Position numbers and translations under genes: made by a program | In this document: in pieces, positions 1 through 50,096 of the stretch | Position numbering within the stretch: position 1 is the first letter of the stretch | Layout of the letters: each line of letters opens with the position of its first letter | Notes under the pieces: generated by a model | What the model was told of the DNA's origin: nothing | Databases searched by the model: none | Seen by the model: the letters and a program-made list of their open reading frames with translations, nothing else | From: Eledone cirrhosa | Lineage: Eukaryota | Direction: 5' to 3' | Assembly: GCA_964016885.1 (NCBI GenBank) | Contig: OZ024757.1 | Span: forward strand, 15,128,001-15,192,000 | Length of the DNA stretch: 64,000 bases

Positions 1-891
1 ATCATTCATACATATATATATATATATATATCATTCATACATATATATATATATATATATCATTCATAAATATATATATATATATCATTCATAAATATAT
101 ATATATATATCATTCATACATATATATATATATATATCATTCATACATATATATATATATATATCATTCATACATATATATATATATATATCATTCATAC
201 ATATATATATATATATATCATTCATATATATATATATATATCATTCATACATATATATATATATCATTCGTACATATATATATATATATATCATTCATAC
301 ATATATATATATATATATCATTCATACATATATATATATATATATCATTCATACATATATATATATATATATATCATTCATACATATATATATATATATA
401 TCATTCATACATATATATATATATATATAATTCATACATATATATATATATATATCATTCATACATATATATATATATATATCATTCATACATATATATA
501 TATATATATCATTCATACATATATATATATATATATCATTCATACATATATATATATATCATTCATACATATATATATATATCATTCGTACATATATATA
601 TATATATATCATTCATACATATATATATATATATATCATTCATACATATATATATATATATATCATTCATACATATATATATATATATATCATTCATACA
701 TATATATATATATATATCATTCATACATATATATATATATATATCATTCATACATATATATATATATATATAATTCATACATATATATATATATATATAT
801 ATAATTCATACATATATATATATATATATATATAATTCATACATATATATATATATATATAATTCATACATATATATATATATATATCATT

Positions 892-924
<33 letters not shown>

Positions 925-1210
925 CATTCATACATATATATATATATATATCATTCATACATATATATATATATATATCATTCATACATATATATATATA
1001 TATATATCATTCATACATATATATATATCATTCATACATATATATATATATATATCATTCATACATATATATATATATATATCATTCATACATATATATA
1101 TATATATATCATTCATACATATATATATATATCATTCATACATATATATATATATCATTCATACATATATATATATATCATTCATACATATATATATCAT
1201 TCATACATAC
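1..1210. repeat. Compound satellite tcattcataca(ta)n
   Basis: About 50 units with variable TA length. Confidence 0.95.
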
Positions 1211-4200
1211 ATATATGTATGTATACATATACCAAATATATATATATATACATATCATTCATACAAACATACATATATGTATGTATATATATATATATCA
1301 TTCATACATACATACATATATGTATGTATATATATATATATCATTCATACATACATACATATATGTATGTATACATATACCAAATATATATATATATATA
1401 TCATTCATACAAACATACATATATGTATGTATACATATACCAAATATATATGTATATATATACATATACCAAATATATATATATACCAAATATATATATA
1501 TATATATAATAAAGAAATGGCTTCTACATGACTAGAACTGTTTCATTCGGTAGAAATCATCAGATTGAACCTGGGATAAACATATATATATATATATATA
1601 TACAGACAATGCTATATCTTATTGACATATGAATACAAATGTCATGATAATTCTCGTTATCTTGTGAATGAGCTACTTAAAATATGTGTGCATTCAAACA
1701 TCTAAATATACGAGACACATGCATGCAGTTAAGTGGCTCTATGGTAATATGAACAATTGTTATGTTTAGTTTTTTGACAGACACGTTAAAGTGTCAGATA
1801 AAATGCCTTGTGCTCTTTAGATATATGTATATATATATGTATGTATACATATTCCAAATATATATATCATCATTATCATCATCATTGTTTAACGTCCACC
1901 TTCCACGCTAGCATGGGTTAGATGGGAATTGTCCCACTTGAGGCAAGATTGATCAGGTGACCGTGTCTCGCTCATATAGGACTGTATCAGGCAGGTTTTC
2001 TACGGCTTGATGCCTTTCCTAACACCAACCACATTTACACTGTGTACTGGGAGCCTTTTTACACGACCACTTTACAGTGTGGACTGGATGTTCTGTGGTA
2101 CCAACATAACTTTACAGAGAAAGGGTGGTGTGGGAGGAAGTGGGAGGATGGAGTAGGGGTAGCGGGGCTCTGCCAATTTAAAATATTCAAAACAAAGATA
2201 TAGATAGAGGTTTGGCAAATACAATAACACAACAACAAATACAAAATAATTACAGAAAATATTAGCAGTTTTCATTGAAATTGAGCGACTTTTACATGAT
2301 AAACCATACAACAACAATAACAAGCATTTTAATCCTTTACCATTTACATTACTCTATTCTCTTGATTGCTGCGTACATTTTACACAGTTAAAGTTGCAGT
2401 GCTGGATTTTTTTTCAGTAAAATGACTATTTTTTTTAAAACAAACATTTATTAACAACACATATCCGAATGACCAACAAACGTCACATCAATAAACTAGT
2501 AACCCCACCTAGCTTTGAAGTTATGAACTGTTGGAAAATAGTTCAAACATGTTAGGATGAGTTATCTCATCTACGGCACTGAAGAGGGTATATTTGCTAT
2601 TGTATTTTCACGGTAAACACTTTATCTCACATAATATCAAATCTGAGATTTTTATATTATTTATTTTGAGAACAATACCCTAACATAAGTATGAGCAACC
2701 AGTTACAGCCAGTTTGAACAGAAAAAGGTGAGCGAATTCTGGCCGGATAGGGCAGGTTTGAATGCTAAAGGGTTAAACTGCTACTTTCCCAGCTAAAGAA
2801 GTAGGTAAGTATTCTATCTCTTCACATCCCACCCCAGTCATCTTTAGTCATGTCTTTTCATGGTATTCTCCTCTCCTCCACATCTTCCCCATTCATTTCC
2901 ATCACTCCTCTCCCTTTCATTTTCATCACAAATCACCAGCACCATCACCACCACTACCATTACTATCACCACCGCCATCACCAACACCACCACCACCACC
3001 ACCACCATCGCCATCATTATTGGCATCTTAACCCTCTACCATGTTACAAGCTGATTGTAACCCTAACAGTCTAAGTCATGTAGCTACCATCTTGTTCTTT
3101 GTTTTTATGGATGATAGATAACATCGTCAATATCACCTCCAACATCATCATTATTGTTTTACATCATAGGGCGGTGGATTGACAGTATCGGTAGAGGGTC
3201 GGACGCCATGCTAGGGCGGTGGATTGGCAGTATCAGCAGAGGGTCGGACGCCATGCTTTCCAGCATAGTTACGTTCCTTTACGATCTGAGTTCAAATCCC
3301 GCCGAGGTTGACTTTGCCTTTCATCCTTACGGGGTCGATAAAATAAAGTACCAGTAATGCACTGGGTAATTGCTGGCCTTGTGCCTAACGTAGAAACAAT
3401 TATTGTTTTACATCATCATTGCCATCCTTACGTGGGTTGGACAGGTCTTTTCCAGCACACCATCTTTCCACTTGTTGCAGTCCTTCGTCATCTCCTCTGT
3501 GGGATTCAGTGATTTGAGATCAGCTCTCACAACCTCTGCCCAGGTCTTCCTTGTTCTCCCCCTACTGCATTTTCCTTCCACTGGGATTTCTTGGCACTTC
3601 TTCCCTCAATGATATTCATCACTCCTCACATCATCACCATCGTTTTACATATGCTTTTTCATGCTTGCATGGGTTGAATGGGTGTTTTTCCAGCACAGCA
3701 TTCCTCCACTCACCGGTAAAGCAGTTAGGTGTATTGGCAGTATCAGTAGAGCATCTGACACCATGCTTTGCAGCATAGAGTTATGGCCCTTTACGTTCTG
3801 AGTCAAAATCTCGCCGAGGTTAGCTTTGCCTTTCATCCTTATAAGGTCGATAAAATAAAGTACCAGTAATGCACTGGGGTCAATTTAATCGAACCCCCCC
3901 CCCCAAAAAAAAAAATGCTCGCCTTGTGCCTATAGTAGAAATCATTATCTCCTCTGTGAAGTACAGTGATTTGGGATTAGCTCTGACAACCTCTTCCCAG
4001 GTGTTCCTTGGTCTCTCTCTACTGCAACAGCTCTCTTGGCACTTCTTCACCTAATCATCATCATCCATCTAAATGTTTCATATTCATTCATGCTTCTACC
4101 AGTAACAATTGCACTAACAGTGTGTTCATAATTTTATCTTCTTCTTGAGTCATCCCTCTCTCTTGAAGAAGGTGAAGCATTCATTTTGCTTTCTCTAATG

Positions 4201-5443
4201 GCTAGAATATATGCGACTTGCCACACCTGCATCATTCTGATCGATTGACAAGATCCCAGACCTCATTCGCTTGCCGAGTGGGGTGGACCTTGTCAAATTG
4301 GTCTAGGGAAACAATGTTTCCATTGGTCTTTCCATTGCTGATACTATCTACTGGTTACAATCTACTAACTCCTGGCAGAAGGAGCAATGTGAAATAAAGT
4401 GTCTTGCTCAAAGACACAACACATCACCTGGTCCGAGAATTGAACTCACAACCTTACGATTGCCAATCCAACTCTCTAGCCACTAAACCATGCTCCTTCA
4501 CTGCATAGTTTTATGTTAATACAGGGTAAATAGGTGTAACTGTTGAGTATTTATAACAAAAGCGACTGAGGGAAAATAATTATAGCAAAATATTCACCAT
4601 CACCATTTAACGTTTATTTTCTATACTTGCATGTCTCTGTCAAGATGGATTGTCACATTATGACACTATGTTACCTCATTACAGCACTAGGGTGCTCAGT
4701 GTCCTTGGTCTTGCTGGAGAGAAGACATCACACTGTCAAAAAGTCTGTATATGTACTCAGCAAAGTGAAACTCTATCACTATCTTATATCACAAGGGGAT
4801 TCATGTTTTTATACCAAACCGCCTGAAACTGTCTTTGGTTCTTTGACACAAAGCTGTTAATTTTAAAGTGTTTATATTTATCTAAAAATCTTCCATTGTA
4901 TGAAAGGGTTAATAATGAGGAAGTTTTAATATTACAGTAATGAGGGGGTTAATATTACAGTAATGAAAGGGTTAATATTACAGTAATGAAGGGGATAATA
5001 ATGAGAAAGTTTTAATATTACAGTAATGAAAGGGTTAATAATTGTTTCTACTTTTGGCACAAGGCCAGCAATTAACCAGTACATTACTGGTACTTTATTT
5101 TATTGACCCCGTAAGATGAAAGGCAAAGTTAACCTCGGCGGGATTTGAACTCAGACCGTAGAGGAAGTTTTAATATTACAGTAATGAAAGCGTTAATAAT
5201 GAGAAAGTTATTTATATTACAAAATCTGCCCCTCCCTCTCAGATTTTTGGTTATTTTCAAAATCATTTGAAAACCAGAGGCGACATCTTTCATTAAACTT
5301 ATGTTAACAAAATATTTAAAATAACTGTTTAGAAGAATTTGTTCAGATAATCGGAATGCTTTTCAAAATTACTTAAAAATCACAGGCAGAGACTTTCATT
5401 AGAATTATGGTAATGAAAGGGTTACTAATGAGAAAATTAGTTA

Positions 5444-5783
5444 CTGTATATACTCAAATATAAGCCGATCCCTTTCTACCATATATAGTTTGGTGACATA
5501 TCCCTCGGCTTATATTAGAGCTGTGCTTCCCAATGTGGGGGGCGCACACCCAACGGGGCAATTTGAAAGTGATATAATACAACAAAACTACCAGTTACAC
5601 TTCATCTACACACGTATTATCGTGTATCTGGCAGCAAAGGATTTCTATTTTATATTACAGTAATTACACTTTTACAAAACTCAGTTTGTTTTTATATCAA
5701 AGGGGGTGGGGGAGGACAAACATTTTTTAGATGTTGAGATGGAGCAAAAAAGTTTGGGAACCACTGTATTAGAGTATATACAG
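5444..5783. mobile_element. Tc1/mariner-superfamily (Tc2/pogo-like) MITE
   Basis: TIRs ctgtatatactcaaatataagccga / tcggcttatattagag..tatatacag (right TIR interrupted by the hAT MITE), TA flanks. Confidence 0.75.
5521..5766. mobile_element. hAT MITE nested in a Tc/pogo-type MITE
   Basis: TIRs ctgtgcttcccaa / ttgggaaccactg; exact 8-bp TSD tattagag (5513-20, 5767-74). Confidence 0.85.
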
Positions 5784-5913
5784 TATATTACAAAATCTGC
5801 CCCTCCCTCTCAAATTCTTGGTTATTTTCAAAATTACATGAAAACCAGAGGCAGCATCTTTCATTAGAATTATGTTAACGAAATAGTTAAAAGAACTGTT
5901 TAGAAGAATTTCT

Positions 5914-43028
<37,115 letters not shown>

Positions 43029-43139
43029 CTGGTATGATAGAAAACCACAAATATTATATATATATTATATATATAGTTGGCCCTGTGCCATCAAAAATGA
43101 CAGCTAATTGTAATATCTATACATAATATAAAAAAGAGA

Positions 43140-43268
43140 TGTTTGGTGGCAACTGCTACCACCAAGGAAAACATTGATTGTGTTCACCACAAGGTGATGG
43201 ATAACAGGTGACTGACTATAAGTCAAATAGCCAATGCTATTAGCATATCCCATGAGAGAGTTAAGAAT
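43140..43268 (+). mobile_element. Mariner transposase N-terminal (HTH) fragment
   Basis: ATATTKENIDCVHHKVMDNR*LTISQIANAISISHERV. Confidence 0.7.
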
Positions 43269-44757
43269 CATCATCATCATCATCATCATCACCGTTTTAC
43301 GTCCGTTCTTCCACGCTAGCATGAGTTAGACGGGTTGTCCTGTTGTGGGCAGTGTCTGGTCGGCTGACCATGCCTTGCTCATACAGGAACTGATTGTGGC
43401 TTGATTTCTACAGCTGGATGCCCTTCCTAACACCAACCTCATTTACAGTGAGTGCTGGGTGCTTTTTCGTGTGGCGCCTACACGTCCACTTTACAGTGTG
43501 GGCTGGGTGCTTTTTTGCCGTGGCACCTCCACGACCACCTTTTCTGTTTGGTGGGTGCCATGTCTTCTGACACCTGATCAAAGCACACCAGGCTGATCAC
43601 ATCATGGGAAAATCTGACATCATCCAGGACTTACAAATATATACAGCATATAGAAAACATCACTACTCAGCATTGCCCACATTACGAAGAGTATTTTTAA
43701 TATGATGTAAACAATATCACTGCTCACACCTAAGGTAGACTCGGTAATATAGTGACAACACGCAATAAAAACATGATAAATGATAATAATTGTTTCTACT
43801 TTTGGCACAAGGCCAGCAATTTTGAGGGGAGGGGAAAGTCGATAAAATCGACTGCAGTGCATTACTGGTGCCTTATTTTATCGAGCCGTATGAATGAAAG
43901 GCAAAGCTAAACTTGGCAGGATTTGAACATGAAGGGATGTAACTATATGCCGCAAAGCATCTTGTCCGACGCTCTATCCTAATGTAATAATTGTTTCTAC
44001 TTTAGGCACAAGGCCAGCAATTACCCAGTGCATTACTGGTACTTTATTTTATCGACCCTGTAAGGATGAAAGGCAAAGTCAACCTCGGCGGGATTTGAAC
44101 TCAGATCGTAAAGGGACGTAACTATGCTGGAAAGCATGGCGTCCGACCCTCTACCGATACTGCCAATCCACCGCTATCCTAATGTAATAATAATTGTTTC
44201 TTATATAGTAACAAGGCCAGCAATTTGGGAGGAGGGGAAATGGATTAAATCGACCCCAGAGCGTGACTGGTACTTTATTTTACTGACCCCGTAAGAATGA
44301 AAGAATGAAGTTAACTTCAGCAGGATTTGAACTCAGAATGTAAAGATCCGTAACTGTATGCCACGAAGTATGTTGTACAACGCTCTACCGATAGTGCCAA
44401 ACTACCGCCCTTCCTAATGATAATAATAATAATTGTTTCTACTTTTGGCACAAGGCCAGCAATTACCTTACTGGTACTTTATTTTAAAGTTGTAAAAGCT
44501 ACCGCAACAACAATAAAAACTTGACTTAATAATAATAATAATAATAATAATATATATATATAGTAATAATAATAAATATGAAGACTAAAATCCAAAGAGG
44601 GCTCGATAAGGATAAATATATATCAAATATATAAGAACCCTAGAGCAAATATTTGTTAAAATAACAGATTAAAGTTTAAGCAAAGAATCGCTGCTTTCAC
44701 CCTTAACGAGATCTTCTGAAACTAAGTTTCTCTTATTTTAATATATATATATATATA

Positions 44758-46472
44758 TCATCATCATCATCATCATCATTGTACGTCCGCTTTTCCCTGC
44801 TTGCAAAGGTGGGACGGGTCTTATTCAGCACAGCATCTCTCCACTCATCACGGTCCTTCGTCATCTCCACAGTGAGCTTCAATGATCTGAGGTCTGTTCT
44901 CACCACCTCCGCCCATGTTTTTCGTGGTCTACCTCTACCACGTCTTCCTTCAACTGGTATTTCCTGGCACTTCTTCACCCATCGGTCATCATCCATGCGC
45001 ATCACATGTCCATACCACCTCAGTCTCCTCTCCTGTACACTACATTCTATCCCTCTCAGACACAGTTTCTCTCTCAACACATTTATGCTGGGTCGTTCAC
45101 GCACATCCAACGGAGCATGCTTGCCTCATTTCTCTCCAGCCGTCGCATATCCTCTGCAGTTGCTGCCCATGTCTCACAACCATGCAGCATCGCGCCCCTC
45201 ACACAGGCATCATACAACCGGCCTTTCGTACGCAGGGAGAAACCCTTCTTCGTCAACAGAGGAAGCAGCTCCCTAAACTTCTTCCAACCCGTCCTTATTC
45301 TAGATACTATGGCCTTGGAACACCCTCCTCCCATGCTAATCTGATCTCCTAGGTACCGGAAGCTATCCACCACTTCTATAGCGCCCTCCTGCATCTGAAA
45401 AATGTGTCTATCAATGCGACTTCTACTGTCTAATTTCCCTGTACATCTACTGCATACATATTTCTCCCTACCTATTAGTTTGCCTGCTATCCCGCTACAT
45501 TTCTTGTGTACCCAGGATCTGCATTGTGTGCATTTTATAAAATTTATGCCAGTTCCTTTTCTGCATATCAAACATGGCCATTTCCCTGACGGAATCAGGG
45601 TTTTGTCCTCTTTTCTACTCACCAACACTTTTGTCTTAGCTAGGTTCACTCTCAGTCCTCTTGCTTCCAACTGCTGTTTCCATAGCCAGAATTTATTCTC
45701 TAGCTCGTCTACTGATTCTACTATAAGAACCAGATCGTCAGCATAGAGAAGTTCCCATGGACAGCCAGTCTTAAACTCCTCTGTTATGGCTTGGAGGACT
45801 ATAATGAACAAGAGCGGGCTGTGGACCGAACCTTGATGTACTCCTACTTGTATCTGGAATTCCTCACTAAACTCCATTCCTACCCTGACTTTACTGAAAG
45901 TACCTCTGTACAAAGTTTGCACTGTCCTCACAAGCCATTCCTCAACACCTAGCTTCCTTAGGGACCACCAGATGACAGATCGGGGTACCCTATCAAAGGC
46001 CTTCTCTAGGTCAACAAAGGCTAAGTATAGTGGCTTATTTTTCTCTAAGAACCTCTCTTGCAATTGTCTCACCAAGAAGAGGGCATCTGTTGTACTCTTC
46101 CCAGGCACAAAACCAAACTGCATCTCATCTAGTTTGACCCTTTCTCTAATTAGTTGTGCTAATATCCTTTCTGCCACTTTCATAACCTGATCCATCAGTT
46201 TTATACCCCTATAATTGCTCCTCTCCAGAGCATCCCCTTTACCTTTGTAGCAATTTATGAGAATACTGCTGCACCAGTCTTTGGGTATGACACCACCATA
46301 TATAGCCTGATTGATGATGCGTGCAACCTATTTAGTGCCTACGTCCCCTGATGCCTTCAGCATCTCAGCAACTATTCCCGATGGTCCAGCAGCCTTACCA
46401 TTTTTCATTTTCCTAATCGCCTCTTGGACCCTATATTCGTCAATCTCAATAGCTGGTCCCTTTGTCGGATCT
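44758..46472 (-). mobile_element. 5'-truncated RTE-clade LINE: reverse transcriptase with an inserted PHD-like finger, (ATG)n tail
   Basis: Motifs KAAGPSG, NYRGIKL, QFGF, FVDLEKAFDRV, GVHQGS, YADDL, FRYLG, RRLRWYGHVMR, GRGRPRKTW; one in-frame stop near 46330 and a frameshift near 45105; tail ...gcaagcagggaaaagcggacgtacaatgatgatg. Confidence 0.93.
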
Positions 46473-47462
46473 ACTATATATATATCATCATCATTTTACG
46501 TCAGCTTTACCCTGCTTGCAAGGGTGGGATGGGTCTTAAAATATACTGGTTGGATGCCCTTCCTAACACCAGCACCATTATATATATATAATGCTGCTGG
46601 TGTATGGAGGCACATGGCTTAGTGGTTAGAGCATTTGCCTTGCAATCGAAAGGTTGTGAGTTCAATTCTCAGACCAGGTGATGTGTTGTTTCCTTGAGCA
46701 AGACACTTTATTTCACATTGCTCCAGTTTACTCAGCTGTAGAAATGAGATGATAGGGACTGGGGTCCCTATCATTCCACTGTAAAGTGGTGGTGGAGGTG
46801 CCACGGCAAAAAAGCACCCAGCACTCACTGTAAATGAGGTTGGTGTTAGGAAGGGCATCCAGCTGTAGAAATCAAGCCACCATCAGTTCCCGTCCCACCC
46901 TTGCAAGCAGGGAAAAGTGGACGTAAAATGAAATGAAATGATGATGATTGGTTCACAAAGTTAGTCAAAGAGAATTGGTACAGATCCGGCCATCACTTTC
47001 TCAATGATGTTATAAGGTTTGTATGTTAGAAATACAAGCCTATAACCCAGAGTGCAAACTCACACACATATATAAACGTTTGTAATTGAGCCTAATCAAT
47101 AAAAACCTCAATGTGAAACCTCATTTTGTACTTCTTAATATATACACTCTGCTATAGCATAGAGTGCACACATATACATATATAGGAATATTGCTATCAT
47201 TTTGGGGGTGCAGACGCTCATTATTTTCCGACAAAAATGACTAAATTATCTAACAATTTTTTGGGAGGTGCAGCTACACCCCTACAATACGCCACCAATT
47301 ATATATATGTGTGTATCCTTTTGCCATGAGCCTGGAGGAACCAGATGAAATATATATATATATATATATACAACTCTGATTAATTATTTAATTCATTCAT
47401 CGAGCAAAATTGGTAAAGGATGGATACCACACACGTTTATATTCATGTATGTATATGTATTT

Positions 47463-47499
<37 letters not shown>

Positions 47500-47675
47500 T
47501 AAAATACAAATATTAATAAAATAGATGTTCTTTTTATTAATATTTATTAATATTTGTATTTTAATATTAATAACTCTGGAAAATTATTTTCCGTAGAGTG
47601 CTTCCAATCTACTGTAAAACTCATTCTTTGATGTACTCATTGAATCTTGTTTAACTCTTTAATATATATATATAT

Positions 47676-48393
47676 CAAGAAGTCTTCCTGTGAACGTGAC
47701 CTGGGCATTACGGTCAGCAGCGATTTGCGTTGGACGAGGCACGTCTCTAAAATTGTCAAGAGGGCCGAGGGTGTCTTAGCATCACTCAGCAAGACCTTTG
47801 TCAGCCGCTCTCCAGATATCTATTTAAGGCTGTATACAGCTATGGTGCGACCACACTTAGAATTTGCATCACCAGTCTGAAACCCCTATCTTGCTCAGGA
47901 CATTGACCGCCTGGAAACTGTTCAGAGACGTGCAACCAAGCGAATACCCTCCATCAGGCATCTACCATACTCTGAGCGCCTTGCTTCCCTTGGCATGGAT
48001 TCATTGAAGCTCCGACGCCTGGCAACTGACTTGGTAAACACCCACAAAATTGTTAACCATGTTGCCAACAACAACCCTGAGTACCTTTTCGATTTCCATG
48101 TGTCTAACACACGTGGACATGCCCACAAAGTAAGAAAACAGCACAGTTCCCATGACTTTCGGAAACATTTTTTCACGCTCAGAGTTGCTGAAGCATGGAA
48201 CAAACTACCTGCATCAGTTGTTAGCTGTCGAGAAACTTGATCCTTTAAGGCCTCTATGCTTCCCGAGATCCGCCAACAGAACAGCTAACACATACACACA
48301 TGTACTTCCCTGACATTTGTGTATTATTCTATGTACTATATTGACGAGTTGTAGTGCACCTGAGCACTTTACACAATAATTTCATTATTATTA
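47676..48393 (+). mobile_element. CR1-group LINE 3' fragment (pseudogenised)
   Basis: ERDLGI, LYTAMVRPHLEFASPV*NPY, LETVQRRATK, YSERL, RRLATDL, TRGH, RKHFFTLRVAEAWNKLP; tail gtgcacctgagcac...(att)n. Confidence 0.9.
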
Positions 48394-48533
48394 TATATAT
48401 AAGAAGTTGTATTTAATTTGTTGGAAGTCCGACAAACATAAATGTTTATAACTGATTTAGAGAACTCAACAGTAACTGGAGTAAATATTCAATGATATTA
48501 AATAAATGGAAACTGTATTTATAAAATCATATT

Positions 48534-48598
48534 TATTTTATTAAATATATTTCAAGGGCAACTAAGACAACATTGGTACGCTTTCATCAGATAAAATA
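48534..48598 (-). ncRNA. Mirror copy of the same hammerhead motif (left arm of the palindrome; CAPS2 sense strand)
   Basis: Reverse complement of 48710-48774 with one substitution inside stem II. Confidence 0.65.
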
Positions 48599-48709
48599 CA
48601 AAGTTTGTTTTATAAATAAAGATAGAGACATACTATCTAGTGAATTTCCAAACGATAAGGTATGATTTTCATGGGTATGTCTCTATCTTTATTTATAAAA
48701 CAAACTTTG

Positions 48710-48774
48710 TATTTTATCTGATGAAAGCGTACCAATGTTGTCTTAGCTGCCCTTGAAATATATTTAATAAAATA
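48710..48774 (+). ncRNA. Type I hammerhead ribozyme motif (minimal, Penelope/retrozyme type)
   Basis: Stem I tattttat/ataaaata (8 bp); CUGAUGA 48718-24; stem II aagcgta/tgccctt (one mismatch, one GU); GAAA 48755-58; palindromic aaatatattt stem III; UUA cleavage triplet ending 48766. Confidence 0.7.
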
Positions 48775-48816
48775 AATATGATTTTATAAATACAGTTTCC
48801 ATTTATTTAATATCAT

Positions 48817-48864
<48 letters not shown>

Positions 48865-49552
48865 AGTTGAAGATTTGCAAGATTCACAATGCACTTCTCT
48901 TAGTGCTTCTGTTCCCATTCTGCTTGAAATAAAATTCAATTTATTGACAATGAGATATCTATTTATATCGATATATATCAATAAACGTGTCTTTGCAATT
49001 TATGTAATGAATGAATCTACGTAGATATATATAGTATTAAAGAAAGAAAAAATGAAGAAAAAAAGCAGAGGAATAATAAGGAAGTTGGATAATAAAGAAA
49101 CAAGTGGAGAAGATACTCAACCATACATCATAGCAAGGGACGTAGGAGTCACCTAATCTTACATCACGTTGAAGATGGAGAGTGAACAAACTGTACTTGG
49201 CCACCTTTTATCGACTGGTTTGCGCTGTTACCGTTGGTGACTACACCCACACATGCTTAAACAAGATAAAGTGTCCCTTCAATCAATAAACTGCTACTAT
49301 AAACAGTAAATAAAATGTCGTATGTTATATTCAGAGCGGAATTTACTTACTTGTGGGCCTTAGCTAAACTCATCAGTGAAGCTCCCAAATTTATAGATAT
49401 GTTGGCATGCTTCATTATCTAATATGTATATACATATAGGCATACGTCAAAACGGCCGGTCGCAAAAGTGAAACTAATTTTTGACAGTTACGTACGTCAA
49501 TATATATATATATCGAAACGGCTTGAGCTCAGCCGTCGGGGTCCTACTCGTT

Positions 49553-49594
<42 letters not shown>

Positions 49595-49885
49595 TAAGCA
49601 TGCATACAAACGTATGTATGCATATTGTCAATTCAAATGAATTTTAACTTTACTACAACCAAACTGAACATAATATATATATAAACATAAATACATATAT
49701 ATGTATGCGTCTATCTATAGAAATGTTTACGTGTGTTCTTTGACTATGACTAAGATGGAGCACTGACTTTACAGCTGTGCCCTATAGATTTGTATATATA
49801 TATATATATGCGTATGTGTGTGTGTTTGCATGCACCCACACACAGGGTATATGTGTCTCGGTTTACGTTCGTATAGAGGGAGTGC

Positions 49886-49926
<41 letters not shown>

Positions 49927-50015
49927 CAGAAAGGAGTATGTGTACCCTCCCCCATATACATTTATGTATATAAGCAGAGAGAATGTGAATCCCCGAATAC
50001 ATTTATACATGTATG

Positions 50016-50096
<81 letters not shown>

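Larger units (their letters stand above)
48490..48818. repeat. Fold-back palindrome, 144-bp arms, 41-nt spacer, in (TA)n
   Basis: caatgatatt...gagacatac / gtatgtctc...aatatcattg; near-perfect reverse complement. Confidence 0.95.

Noticed and set aside
2844-3074. His-rich / Thr-rich ORFs
   Set aside because: (CAC/CAT)n trinucleotide microsatellite
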